NCBI GenBank assembly: GCA_003152105.1
Contig: PLZJ01000003.1
Location: forward strand, 6,899 to 70,898
From: Candidatus Levyibacteriota bacterium
Lineage (GTDB): Bacteria; Patescibacteriota; Microgenomatia; Levybacterales; UBA12049
DNA: 64,000 nt
Reading direction: 5' to 3'
Below the pieces are notes generated by a model. That model worked only from the letters and a program-made list of their open reading frames with translations. It did not search any database and was not told where the DNA came from. Positions 1 through 9,514 of the stretch are shown one piece after another (positions within the stretch are counted from its first letter, which is position 1; the number at the start of each line of letters is the position of its first letter). A program made the position numbers and the translations under genes.

Positions 1-1
1 T

Positions 2-2497
2 TTAATCTCTAGATTTAAAATTGCCTATAGCTCTTTCGACAGATCTACACGTATTGCTATTCTAGCAATGCTTCTGATAGTTATTGCTACTCCAATTGTT
101 ATTAAATCAGTCACTACCTCTTCTCAACACGCTTCGACAACTGCTTCAGTTTACTTTGGTGCAACTATTAAAGCATATCCAAATAACCCTTATTACCCAA
201 CTGCCTGCAAAGATGATCCGCCCTGGTCAACGCTAGATAATGATCCTTGTAATCCATGGTCACTTTTTAATCAAAATGCTGGAAAAAATGTATCTATGTT
301 ATCAATTGGCTTTCCTTGGTTTAACAGCAAAAGTTGGCCAACAAATAATTATTTCCCTTTTGATACGGTTCTTTTGGATACAATCAGAAATCAAGGAGTA
401 ATTCCATTTGTTAACTGGTATAGCGCGGACGGTGATGCAAATTCTACAAGCGGTGGGGGATTATTTGATACTAATCAACCAAATTTTTCTCTTTCAAAAA
501 TTATTCAGGGAAATATATATGGTGCAAATTGCGATACCGCTTCAAATCCTTCCTGTGTTACGTTTGATCAATATATTACCCAATTTGCTACTGCAGCAAA
601 AACATGGGCTCATCCATTTTTCCTTCGATTTGACTGGGAAATGAACGGAAATTGGACTGTTTATAACGAAAGTCAAAATGGGAACACTGCAGGACAATAT
701 GTTGCTGCATGGAGACACGTGCATGATATTTTTACAAAAGTGGGGGCAACAAATGTTACATGGGTGTGGTGTCCAAACGTTGAATCATCTTCTCAACAAT
801 ATGGTGATTATTATCCAGGAGATAATTACGTAGACTGGACTTGTTTTGATGGTTACAACACACCTTCTCAACAAGGAGGATCAATTCATAATTGTACAAG
901 TAGTTCATGTCAGTGGTTATCATTTGCTGATATATACAGCGGCAGCAAAGCAAACGGCAATTATAATAGCTATAAAGACATGCTTTCTCTTGCTCCATCA
1001 AAACCAATTATTATTGGTGAATTTGCATCTGATGAATATGGAGACGATGGAACAAAAAAAGCAAGTTGGATAACAGATACTTTCTTAACGCAACTCCCAT
1101 TAAATTATCCACAAATAAAAGGGTTTATTTGGTTTGACTGGTCAATTAATACAGGTTGTTACCCAATCGAAAGCACCCCAGGATGTACTGCAAATGGAAC
1201 AGCATCTAAAGCTCAGGCCGCTTTTGCAAACGCAATGGCATCATCATATTATCAAGGATCAGATGCATCAAATTCTTTTGGCGGTGCATTAACTGATCTA
1301 CAGCCAATTAAACCATTAATTGGCCCAAGTCCAACACCAACAACAATTCCTTCACCAACACCTATTCCAGTCATTAATCTTATACAAAACGGGTCATTTG
1401 AAGGAACAGCAAGTACATGGGATAATCCATGGGATTTCCAAGATAGAACCGGAGCAACAGCAACAATTTCACAGGATACAACAACTGCATCAAGCGGAAA
1501 TAGTTCAGCAAAAATCACAGTTACACAGGCAAATACTACTCCATGGTATGTTCAACTTCTTCAAGGTAATATTCCCGTTACAGCTGGTCAAACATATACG
1601 GTAACATTTTCTGCAAAAGCTGACTCTTCAAAAGCAATAAATGTCGTTGCACAAAATGCTTCAACATATAAAGAAACGACAAATCAAAATGTCACAGTAT
1701 CTACAAACTGGCAACCATATACAATAACCTTTACTCCTGTTAATACTGAAACAGATCTACTTGCATTTAATCTTGCAAATTCGACAGGCACTTTGTGGCT
1801 TGATAACGTATCTATTACCGCTTCTACTATTCCTTCTCAAACACCAAGTAATACGCCTACGCTCACTCCAACTTCAACCCCGTCTCCAACCCCTACGCCA
1901 ACCCCAACACCAACTCCAACACCACTTCCTACAGATACACCTACTCCGTTGCCAACTGATACTCCAACACCACTTCCTACAGATACACCTACTCCGTTGC
2001 CAACTGATACTCCAACGCCTACCCTAACTCCAACGCCAACTCCTGCGGTAAACATCTTGCAAAACTATGGATTTGACTTTAGTAACTATTCACCTTGGTA
2101 CACCGTTGTGCATTCAGGAGCAAATGGTAACACTGCGCAAGATAATTCAACATATGTCAGTTGGCCAAATTCTATACATGTAACTATTACTCAGGCAAAC
2201 AAAACAAATTGGCTTTATCAACTAGGACAAAATCATATCGTTTTAAACCCTAATCAAACGTATACCATTAGCTTTATGGCAAGAGCCTCCACAAATAGAT
2301 ATATAGCATTTGGGTTACAACAAAACTATTCACCATGGAAAGTATATTATGGGAAAACTTCATATCTAAAAACCTATTGGCAAAAATTCACTTACACATT
2401 TACACAAAGTGTATATGAACATAATGCCTGGTTATCGTTTGATCTATCCTCCAATACAGGTTCTGTCTGGATAGATAATGTAATACTTACTCAATAG
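2..2497 (+). CDS. Membrane-anchored GH26 glycoside hydrolase with two CBM4/9-like carbohydrate-binding modules and a Pro/Thr linker (5' partial)
   Basis: GH26 motifs RFDWEMNG (acid/base), WVWCPN, DGYN and KPIIIGEF (nucleophile); two NLIQNGSFE / NILQNYGFD...VWIDNV modules. The frame is open from position 2, so the true start lies upstream of the window. Confidence 0.85.
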   Translation, partial: LISRFKIAYSSFDRSTRIAILAMLLIVIATPIVIKSVTTSSQHASTTASVYFGATIKAYPNNPYYPTACKDDPPWSTLDNDPCNPWSLFNQNAGKNVSMLSIGFPWFNSKSWPTNNYFPFDTVLLDTIRNQGVIPFVNWYSADGDANSTSGGGLFDTNQPNFSLSKIIQGNIYGANCDTASNPSCVTFDQYITQFATAAKTWAHPFFLRFDWEMNGNWTVYNESQNGNTAGQYVAAWRHVHDIFTKVGATNVTWVWCPNVESSSQQYGDYYPGDNYVDWTCFDGYNTPSQQGGSIHNCTSSSCQWLSFADIYSGSKANGNYNSYKDMLSLAPSKPIIIGEFASDEYGDDGTKKASWITDTFLTQLPLNYPQIKGFIWFDWSINTGCYPIESTPGCTANGTASKAQAAFANAMASSYYQGSDASNSFGGALTDLQPIKPLIGPSPTPTTIPSPTPIPVINLIQNGSFEGTASTWDNPWDFQDRTGATATISQDTTTASSGNSSAKITVTQANTTPWYVQLLQGNIPVTAGQTYTVTFSAKADSSKAINVVAQNASTYKETTNQNVTVSTNWQPYTITFTPVNTETDLLAFNLANSTGTLWLDNVSITASTIPSQTPSNTPTLTPTSTPSPTPTPTPTPTPTPLPTDTPTPLPTDTPTPLPTDTPTPLPTDTPTPTLTPTPTPAVNILQNYGFDFSNYSPWYTVVHSGANGNTAQDNSTYVSWPNSIHVTITQANKTNWLYQLGQNHIVLNPNQTYTISFMARASTNRYIAFGLQQNYSPWKVYYGKTSYLKTYWQKFTYTFTQSVYEHNAWLSFDLSSNTGSVWIDNVILTQ
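1850..2045 (+). repeat. Coding Pro/Thr linker repeat including an exact 48-nt tandem duplication (1913-1960 / 1961-2008)
   Basis: ACTCCAACACCACTTCCTACAGATACACCTACTCCGTTGCCAACTGAT occurs twice in tandem and encodes (TPTPLPTD)n. Confidence 0.9.
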
Positions 2498-2662
2498 TTA
2501 AAACATCCCCACAACTTACGTATACATAGTACGTCTATATTTTTCTTCATGGATTTTTTTGCCTAGATGTAAATAGTTTATTTACATTTACTACAAAAGG
2601 TGCATATCAAACTAATATAATGTATGAAAAGAAAGTATCTACTCGATTAATATTTATGATAC

Positions 2663-5600
2663 TTATTTTATTAAGATGTGAATTTTTACAATATTTATTG
2701 TCATTGCATTATCATTTGATCTACTCATTTGATACTTTCCAGATTTATCCGTATATGTAGCCCATATTGTCTCGGTTCCAAGTTGTGATGGGTTTGTGCT
2801 TGTGCTATCAATTGCAACAAAAGTACACAATATTGATGATCCATTTTTGCTATAGTAGTCATAAAATTCTCCTGTTAACTTACCTTTCTTGTTATAAAAA
2901 GCAATATTTCCTTTTTTTGGAAATGTGCCATCTATAAGCGTAGTGATAGATTTAAAGCAAATACCACTTTTTAAATTTGCAGATGTTGGTGGAACTGCAG
3001 GTATAGTTGTAGTAATTTGAGTACTTGTAAAAATCTTATGAACCGGTGGAGAAATGTGCCAATTTCTATCACACGTTGCTATCCCTCGATTAAATCCATT
3101 CTCAAAAGTTAATGAATTACCAAGTTCAGCTTTTAAAGGATCTGATGACGTGTCATTCCACGCATAGGCAAGAAGTGATACTGCTCCATTAGTACAAAAA
3201 CTTTGAGATTGCGTTGCAATATCTTGTGCACGTGGGTTAATATAATTTTGAGTTGGAATATAAAATGTTTGTGGTGTACCGATGATTGGTTGCATTTTTG
3301 CATCCCACCCGTTCCACTGTAACTCAGATAGTAAATATGACAGCAACGTACTCATTGACCAATCTATACGTGTTGCGTCACCGTTTATATTTCTATAGTT
3401 ACCAGCGTAAATATATAATGAAATATAATTACATGCGTCGGGAGAATAATTTACGATTGCTCTATCAAATTGGCCTCTAGATACCTGCGTTAATGTGGAA
3501 CCAGTATAATAGTCTAAGCTTGCACCATATGCACAAACGGTAGGTAGAAATTTTTGTGTGTGAGCATTATTTTGATCAACTAGATTCTGTACAAGTTCTA
3601 AAGCATCCTTAACATTTCCAACATAATCATCTTGAAGATAATACCCTGCAATTAAAGGATCATTATTTGTTTTATGCAAATAGCTAGTTGTATCGTGAGA
3701 AAGTAGTTGTAGGTCTGAGTTAGAAATCGAACAGTTTTGATCTCGAGTATGAAGCGCAGGTACGAGTGGACAGGATTTATTTAAATATTTGTTAATTAAT
3801 ATAAGTAACGAATTATCCAAATAGGTAATGTGATTTGCTTTATATAATGCATACAACGGAGAATTTTTCGCAATATGTGAACTAACCGTATAAGTTATAC
3901 CAAGCGATGAAGCTTCCTCTAAAGCAGCTTCATTTGAGGCAATTGCATTTTTATTTACATTTGTAATATCATATGCGCCAAACTTATTTTGTAACGACAA
4001 AGATGAGCGATCTGTTGAAGGTAAAGATTTAATAATTACCGCAAAATAATCAACTGGTAAAGTAAGGTTTATTGAACCACTTCCTATTTGTGAAGAAACA
4101 TATGCGCCAAAAGTATTATAAATATATGCCGTAAGCGTGGAGTTATCATTATATGTATAAATGCCTGATTTTTGGGTTAATATCTTATCAGTTCCGATTA
4201 TATAATCTTGATGCAACTCAAGTGGAGTAATTGGATATATTTTGGTAAGAATATTGTTAGTTGTGGAAAATGGAACTGCCGAAGCATAATACAATACACC
4301 GTAATGAAGATAATTTCGAAGTATTTGCGCATGTGTTTGATCTGCATCTTTTGCATTATCAATATACGGTTTTGAGAATCCATTTACCGAATAGCTATCA
4401 ATTTTTTCGTAAGCAATTGGCGAAAACAATTGCGCTTGCGGGGCAACTTTTCCTTGTAAATCATAATTTAAATCTTCGGCGAATCTAGGAATATGCATAT
4501 CTGGCAAATACTCTTCGTTTAATTCCGGTACGTAATTGGCAATAGCTGACTTACTACTTTGCTGGGTAACAAAATCAACTAAATCTTTTTGTGCTAAAGG
4601 ATAATGAAGTGATAAATCTTCTTTTTCGTTTACAATTTGAAATGTTACTGGATTAATGTCAGCAGTATTTAAATCTTGATTTGTGGATTTCGAAGTACTA
4701 CTACCATAATTATATGCTTTAACATACCATGGATGAGGAAAACTTGGATCATTAGTTGGATCAATACCACTGACTAGATTATTACCGAGGGTATTCGCAT
4801 AGCCTTCAAAATCATCAAAGTATATACCATCAATTCCATAATTTTGTAACATGGTTGTTAATACCTGCTTAAGATGTGACGTATAAGATAAATTCGGATC
4901 ATTTAAAAATAAATTAAATGCAAATGGTTTATAAAATTGATATGAAGTACAGTTTGGATAATTAGTATCTATAGATTTAGAAACACGTTGACACACTAAA
5001 TTATCCGTTGAAGGAGATTGTGGTTGGCTTAAGGGATAGGCATAATTTGCCGAACACATGTTGCTATTTTTTAAGGCCGATATTTCACTATTTGCTTGTG
5101 ATATCGAAACCCTTGTATCTGCCAATCCACAACTATAGGTATATGATTTACTCGTCGTAGAAGCACCTAATACAGAACTGTCAGGAAGAGTAGTAGTTTG
5201 ATCATATACCGGAGTAGGAATAGTATGAGGCGGCAAAAATACCTTATTATTAATTACAACTGTTGGAGTAGGCAAAGCAGAGGGCGTTGGCGAAACTGTT
5301 GCAAGAGGTGAAGATAGGCTTGGTGTAGTATTTATTAATGCATCACTGTATGTATTTCCATATGATCCGTCTGGATTATCATCAGAACCAACATTATGTT
5401 CAAAGTAAACGAGCACTTTTACTTTTTTCTTTGTCAGTACCGAAGCACGTTTTATTTGTTTAATAACAGGAATTAATACGTTGTTAATTTGAGAAGTATT
5501 GATAGTAGCTGAGTTTCCAAACGTATACTTTAGATACGTAAGTCCTGGAATTGGATTATCATTTAAATCATATGCTTGCTGAGTAGATGATAAAGACTGA

Positions 5601-6829
5601 GCTAAAATTATATATTTTGCTCCCGTACTATCTAAATAACTTACTAATTTAGGAGTATTGTAAAAATCACTGTATGGCATACTAATTAAATGACTTTGCG
5701 ATGGATCGGAATTGACACTAAACGTATCAAAGACACCACTTCCACCACTTGGTTGACTTGTTTGCGATATGTTGCCAACAAGCGTTGTACCATCTACAGC
5801 AAAATTTGTGTTTAAATCGTTTCTCAAACTATTAATAAAACTAAAATAATCAGTGCCAAGCGTTGGATAGATATACCAAACTTTTGTATAAGATTGACCT
5901 GATTTAATCATAAATTTATCATCTATAAGTCCCCCTTGATTTATGTTTTGTTCATACATTTCCTTTGTATGAACCCTTGATACGTCATCTCCGTTGTATA
6001 GACCTATGCCATTGACATTGTCGCTATAGAAAAAAGTGTCATTGCTACTTGCGGTGTTTATAAAGGTAGTATTTGATACACAGTACTGATGTTGTGGTAC
6101 ACCATTTATGGTAACATCGTTTTGGACAAGCGTAACTGCCGGACTAATAGCTTTTATTGCAGTTAATAAATTGTTAGCAGTATATGTGCCTACACTATAA
6201 CACGGATGCAAATCACCATTTGGGTTACTAAGTGAAACGCCGCCTACAAAGATGTTATTTAGATTCCCATTTTGCGAAGTAGTAATATAGTTTTTATTCA
6301 TGATCCCAACATCGCTGTTGCCTATATTCGTATACGTATCAGTAACCATTATTCGGCTGCTGCTGACTTTTTGAACTACTCTTACCAATTTATAATTCTG
6401 GTCAGCAGAAGTTATCGTATATTTTTGATTTAGTATGTTTGCGATTGTGCTCGTATTTGCCCATAATGGCTCAGAACTTGCTGAAACAGGAAAGGTGTTC
6501 CAATTACCGCTTTTTTGATTAGGATAGGAAAAATATGATGTTAACGCAAATGTGCTATTATTCTGCGATCCATTAACTAAAACTGAAATTTGTCCGTTAG
6601 TAACCTGTAAAGTAAAAGGTACTGACCAGGTGGTTTTTGGACCAATTACTTGACCAGATGCATTTTGGAAAAACGTTTGATACATCAAAACTCCCGAAGG
6701 AGTACCAAGAAGAAGCAGAATGAAAGATATTATAGCGATCTTTAAAAATGTTGATAAACTATTGAACTGGTGTGTAATCCTTATAACTATATTTTTACGT
6801 TTAAGATTTTGCATCAATATTTTAGCCAT
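2663..6829 (-). CDS. Large membrane-anchored surface protein with two putative glycoside-hydrolase-like barrel domains
   Basis: N-terminal TM helix; YGIDGIYFDDFEG motif; the C-terminal ~330-aa domain is clearly homologous to the N-terminal domain of 14329..16212. Confidence 0.65.
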   Translation of the reverse strand: MAKILMQNLKRKNIVIRITHQFNSLSTFLKIAIISFILLLLGTPSGVLMYQTFFQNASGQVIGPKTTWSVPFTLQVTNGQISVLVNGSQNNSTFALTSYFSYPNQKSGNWNTFPVSASSEPLWANTSTIANILNQKYTITSADQNYKLVRVVQKVSSSRIMVTDTYTNIGNSDVGIMNKNYITTSQNGNLNNIFVGGVSLSNPNGDLHPCYSVGTYTANNLLTAIKAISPAVTLVQNDVTINGVPQHQYCVSNTTFINTASSNDTFFYSDNVNGIGLYNGDDVSRVHTKEMYEQNINQGGLIDDKFMIKSGQSYTKVWYIYPTLGTDYFSFINSLRNDLNTNFAVDGTTLVGNISQTSQPSGGSGVFDTFSVNSDPSQSHLISMPYSDFYNTPKLVSYLDSTGAKYIILAQSLSSTQQAYDLNDNPIPGLTYLKYTFGNSATINTSQINNVLIPVIKQIKRASVLTKKKVKVLVYFEHNVGSDDNPDGSYGNTYSDALINTTPSLSSPLATVSPTPSALPTPTVVINNKVFLPPHTIPTPVYDQTTTLPDSSVLGASTTSKSYTYSCGLADTRVSISQANSEISALKNSNMCSANYAYPLSQPQSPSTDNLVCQRVSKSIDTNYPNCTSYQFYKPFAFNLFLNDPNLSYTSHLKQVLTTMLQNYGIDGIYFDDFEGYANTLGNNLVSGIDPTNDPSFPHPWYVKAYNYGSSTSKSTNQDLNTADINPVTFQIVNEKEDLSLHYPLAQKDLVDFVTQQSSKSAIANYVPELNEEYLPDMHIPRFAEDLNYDLQGKVAPQAQLFSPIAYEKIDSYSVNGFSKPYIDNAKDADQTHAQILRNYLHYGVLYYASAVPFSTTNNILTKIYPITPLELHQDYIIGTDKILTQKSGIYTYNDNSTLTAYIYNTFGAYVSSQIGSGSINLTLPVDYFAVIIKSLPSTDRSSLSLQNKFGAYDITNVNKNAIASNEAALEEASSLGITYTVSSHIAKNSPLYALYKANHITYLDNSLLILINKYLNKSCPLVPALHTRDQNCSISNSDLQLLSHDTTSYLHKTNNDPLIAGYYLQDDYVGNVKDALELVQNLVDQNNAHTQKFLPTVCAYGASLDYYTGSTLTQVSRGQFDRAIVNYSPDACNYISLYIYAGNYRNINGDATRIDWSMSTLLSYLLSELQWNGWDAKMQPIIGTPQTFYIPTQNYINPRAQDIATQSQSFCTNGAVSLLAYAWNDTSSDPLKAELGNSLTFENGFNRGIATCDRNWHISPPVHKIFTSTQITTTIPAVPPTSANLKSGICFKSITTLIDGTFPKKGNIAFYNKKGKLTGEFYDYYSKNGSSILCTFVAIDSTSTNPSQLGTETIWATYTDKSGKYQMSRSNDNAMTINIVKIHILIK

Positions 6830-6919
6830 ACATAAATTATTATAGATAACTTAATTATGATCAATTTTTAAAGCAGAGTCAAACAAAAGATTTTTACGTT
6901 TAACTAAAATATTGAGTAC

Positions 6920-6948
6920 TTGACTTGTCAGTACATTATCAGTACAAT
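6920..6948 (+). promoter_or_regulatory. Sigma70 promoter of the TA operon with overlapping TCAGTACA direct repeats (probable operator)
   Basis: TTGACT-17-TACAAT, 6 nt before ATG 6955; TCAGTACA at 6928 and 6939. Confidence 0.65.
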
Positions 6949-6954
6949 ATTACT

Positions 6955-7197
6955 ATGTTAATTCAAAAGATATACAGAAACGGCAATTCTCTCGCAGTTA
7001 CAATTCCTAAACAATACTTGGAAGATCTCTCCTTAATAGAGGGTTCACAAGTTGTCGTTGAAAAGAAAGGTAATGGCATTCTTCTCACAACTAAAAAACA
7101 AACATTAGCACCTGATGTTGATGGTAAGTTCATGAAAATGGTTGATAGCTTCATCGATAAACATGAGGATGTACTTCAAAAACTCGCAAATAAGTGA
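6955..7197 (+). CDS. AbrB/MazE-family antitoxin
   Basis: QKIYRNGNSLAVTIPK swapped-hairpin signature; overlaps the downstream toxin start. Confidence 0.9.
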   Translation: MLIQKIYRNGNSLAVTIPKQYLEDLSLIEGSQVVVEKKGNGILLTTKKQTLAPDVDGKFMKMVDSFIDKHEDVLQKLANK

Positions 7198-7592
7198 ATA
7201 AAAAACACCATTATATAACCCCCAGTCAAGTGCTTGCAATTCATGATCAAGTGATAGAAAGATTTGGAGGATCAACAGGTCTTCGAGATTTAAGCCTACT
7301 TATATCTTCTGTACTTAGACCTCAAGCTAGTTTCGACGGTAATGATTTATATCCAACTCTATTTGAAAAAGCCGCGGCGTTGCTTCAATCACTTCTTAAA
7401 AATCACCCGTTTGTTGATGGAAATAAAAGAACATCGTTAACTTCGACTGGTATTTTTCTACAACTTAATGGATGGGAAATTGAAAATAGTCATGGTGAGG
7501 AAGTAGATTTTGCTATTAGAGTAGATAATGAGAACTTAACTTTGGAGCAAATTTGTTTGTGGTTAAAACAGCATTCTAAAGAACAAAATTAA
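7194..7592 (+). CDS. doc: Death-on-curing (Doc/Fic family) toxin
   Basis: HPFVDGNKRT motif, GLRDLSLL and YPTLFEKAAALL; paired with an AbrB antitoxin. Confidence 0.9.
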   Translation: MNKKHHYITPSQVLAIHDQVIERFGGSTGLRDLSLLISSVLRPQASFDGNDLYPTLFEKAAALLQSLLKNHPFVDGNKRTSLTSTGIFLQLNGWEIENSHGEEVDFAIRVDNENLTLEQICLWLKQHSKEQN

Positions 7593-7616
7593 TTTATCCT
7601 TAAGCATAGGACTTTG

Positions 7617-7690
7617 TGGACGATTAGGGATTCGGACCCCAGACCTCTTCAGTGTAAATGAAGCGCTCTAACCAGCTGAGCTAATCGTCC
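7617..7690 (-). tRNA. tRNA-Val(TAC)
   Basis: Acceptor GGACGAT/ATCGTCC, D arm TAGCTCAGCTGGTTAGAGC, anticodon arm CTTCA-TTTACAC-TGAAG; no encoded CCA. Confidence 0.95.
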
Positions 7691-7818
7691 AATTCACTCT
7701 CCGTGAGTTTTCATATTATACAAAAATAATTACCTTAGTCACAAGATGTTGAATAAATCACTATCTTGCCACGAAGTAAGCACTTAAAATCTTTGTATTG
7801 TAGTGCTATAATGCTGGC

Positions 7819-8262
7819 ATGAAACTTTTTATATATTCATTATTTACCTTCATGCTTTTTTCGATTTTTGGAGCTTCTGCACATTCTTCATTTGCACAAG
7901 CTACTCCCGTCGAATTTAATTCATTTACGACAAAAGATACGGCAACATATGTTGCATCAACCTTAAATACACAATGCTCAAAACGATTATTAACAGATAT
8001 TTTAAAAAAATATATTGTTACAGATACGATTTATCAAGATACGCTTCATAAGGAAATATACTTCAACGTATTACATCTTAAAGGAAATAGGCAAGATCAA
8101 GTATATGGGTATAAATTTGGGGATGGAAAGCCAAAAGGAATAAGAAATACGCTTTGTGTAGAAATTGCAGCATCAGATTCGTATATGCGTTTGAATTTTG
8201 ATGCAAATAAAATAGTAAAAATATATTTATTTACGAGCAGTACGTTTCCTTTTGGAACATAA
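7819..8262 (+). CDS. Hypothetical secreted protein
   Basis: Signal peptide ending SFA-Q; TGnTATAAT 6 nt upstream of the ATG (leaderless). Confidence 0.7.
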   Translation: MKLFIYSLFTFMLFSIFGASAHSSFAQATPVEFNSFTTKDTATYVASTLNTQCSKRLLTDILKKYIVTDTIYQDTLHKEIYFNVLHLKGNRQDQVYGYKFGDGKPKGIRNTLCVEIAASDSYMRLNFDANKIVKIYLFTSSTFPFGT

Positions 8263-8289
8263 TAACTCAAATATTTTAGTCCTGTAGTA

Positions 8290-8317
8290 TTGACATACCC
8301 TCTTTTTCTGTTATAAT
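8290..8317 (+). promoter_or_regulatory. Consensus sigma70 promoter of cassette 1
   Basis: TTGACA (8290-8295), 16-nt spacer, extended -10 TGtTATAAT (8309-8317). Confidence 0.85.
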
Positions 8318-8322
8318 TTCAC

Positions 8323-8543
8323 CTAACGAATGTGTTAAAGCTAAACATTTGCTGTTTAACGTAAGATACGTTCGAAAAAGCACTTTTACAAGAAAGGAAA
8401 TAACCAACAATCCTTCTAGCGAATAGTTTTTTAGCCTTGGCGAAAGCGTAAAGCGTCTCAGAATTGTGAAATTTAAATGACAATATCACGTCCTGGAGCA
8501 TTTTGCGCTTTTGTTAAAGCACCTATTCTACTATGGAGGCAGT
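8323..8543 (+). ncRNA. Structured ~220-nt 5' leader containing an RNA motif shared with 22505-22570 (minus strand)
   Basis: Stems CGAATGTGT/ATACGTTCG and TAAACA/TGTTTA; long hairpin 8443-8510; segments complementary to 9376-9515. Confidence 0.65.
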
Positions 8544-8984
8544 ATGACCCCTTTTCGAGTCGTTCGTTCGTCGTATAGAATGACCGTTTCGTACGAAGAT
8601 GGCCCCGGTTCACTTACAAATCCTGAGCAAGTACTCAGCGCAAAACACGTCGTTTTGACTGGTCAATGCAAAGATCCGAGTCTTTTGACGGCTGAAGCAC
8701 TTAGCTTCCATATCAGTCGTTTTCCTACATGTGATTACGAAGATTTTGGACCGGCAGTTGGAGATCATGATTATTCATACGAACTCCAAAAGAAAGAGGG
8801 AGACAAGTGGGTGTATGTCACTTTTTTGAATCCTTATGGTCGTAAGATCACATGTGAACATCAGAGTGAATACGATGAAGACCCAGAACTGTGGCCAGAG
8901 GAAGAAGACGAAGACGAAGAACCAAGGCTACCTCCCGCAACTGTTTTTAAACGATTTTCGACACACTTCAATCAAAGGAGATAA
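8544..8984 (+). CDS. Hypothetical protein with acidic C-terminal tract (cassette 1 cargo)
   Basis: GGAGG Shine-Dalgarno at 8535-8539 before ATG 8544; visibly GC-richer than flanking genes; no family recognised. Confidence 0.7.
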   Translation: MTPFRVVRSSYRMTVSYEDGPGSLTNPEQVLSAKHVVLTGQCKDPSLLTAEALSFHISRFPTCDYEDFGPAVGDHDYSYELQKKEGDKWVYVTFLNPYGRKITCEHQSEYDEDPELWPEEEDEDEEPRLPPATVFKRFSTHFNQRR

Positions 8985-8986
8985 CA

Positions 8987-9421
8987 ATGATTGATACTAA
9001 AAATCCGTTCACCAATCTTGACGAAGTCAGAACCGCACGTGAGTACTGTATCACAATCAGAGATCACGCCGACGCGTTCATCGCTCACAGGCACTTTGAT
9101 CGGTACAGAAACGGGACAATTCCGAGCATTTCAACTCGTCAGTTCAAACTCGTTGAATCGACGTGCATCGAAGCAGAAGATATTCCAGCTCACCCAACAC
9201 TTCCTTACGAGGACGTGCCGGAACTATTCCTTCAACCTACATTTATGTGTGTTGTTTACAGCTCACATAAAGTCGCACACTTTCCGGACAAAGACGTGCA
9301 TCTGAGGATGATTCACCTTTGTGCAGAATGGGAGCAAGAGTATCACCTCTATATCGTCGACGATCAGGTCGTTATGACGCTTTTGAGTCGCAATCAAGGA
9401 CGGTTAAATCCCATTAGCTAG
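8987..9421 (+). CDS. Hypothetical protein (cassette 1 cargo)
   Basis: AAGGAG Shine-Dalgarno; starts 2 nt after the upstream stop; no family recognised. Confidence 0.7.
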   Translation: MIDTKNPFTNLDEVRTAREYCITIRDHADAFIAHRHFDRYRNGTIPSISTRQFKLVESTCIEAEDIPAHPTLPYEDVPELFLQPTFMCVVYSSHKVAHFPDKDVHLRMIHLCAEWEQEYHLYIVDDQVVMTLLSRNQGRLNPIS

Positions 9422-9514
9422 AGTCGGAATCGACGCGTTGGTTTAGGGTAATAAGCAGAAGGAAATTCATGTAGCTACTTTGTTACATACAACCCCTTCT
9501 CACCCTTCCTTTCT

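Noticed and set aside
1837-2055. Repetitive DNA and a (GV)n ORF on the minus strand; possible CRISPR array
   Set aside because: It is the antisense shadow of the Pro/Thr linker. There are no unique spacers and no cas genes in the window.
8319-8501. Short ORFs 8319..8501(-) and 22375..22626(+) over the cassette leaders
   Set aside because: They have no SD or promoter support and no recognisable protein features; they are antisense to structured leaders.
9361-9371. CGATCAGGTCG shared with 21589-21599
   Set aside because: An 11-mer in opposite orientation relative to the two cassettes; compatible with chance in 64 kb.
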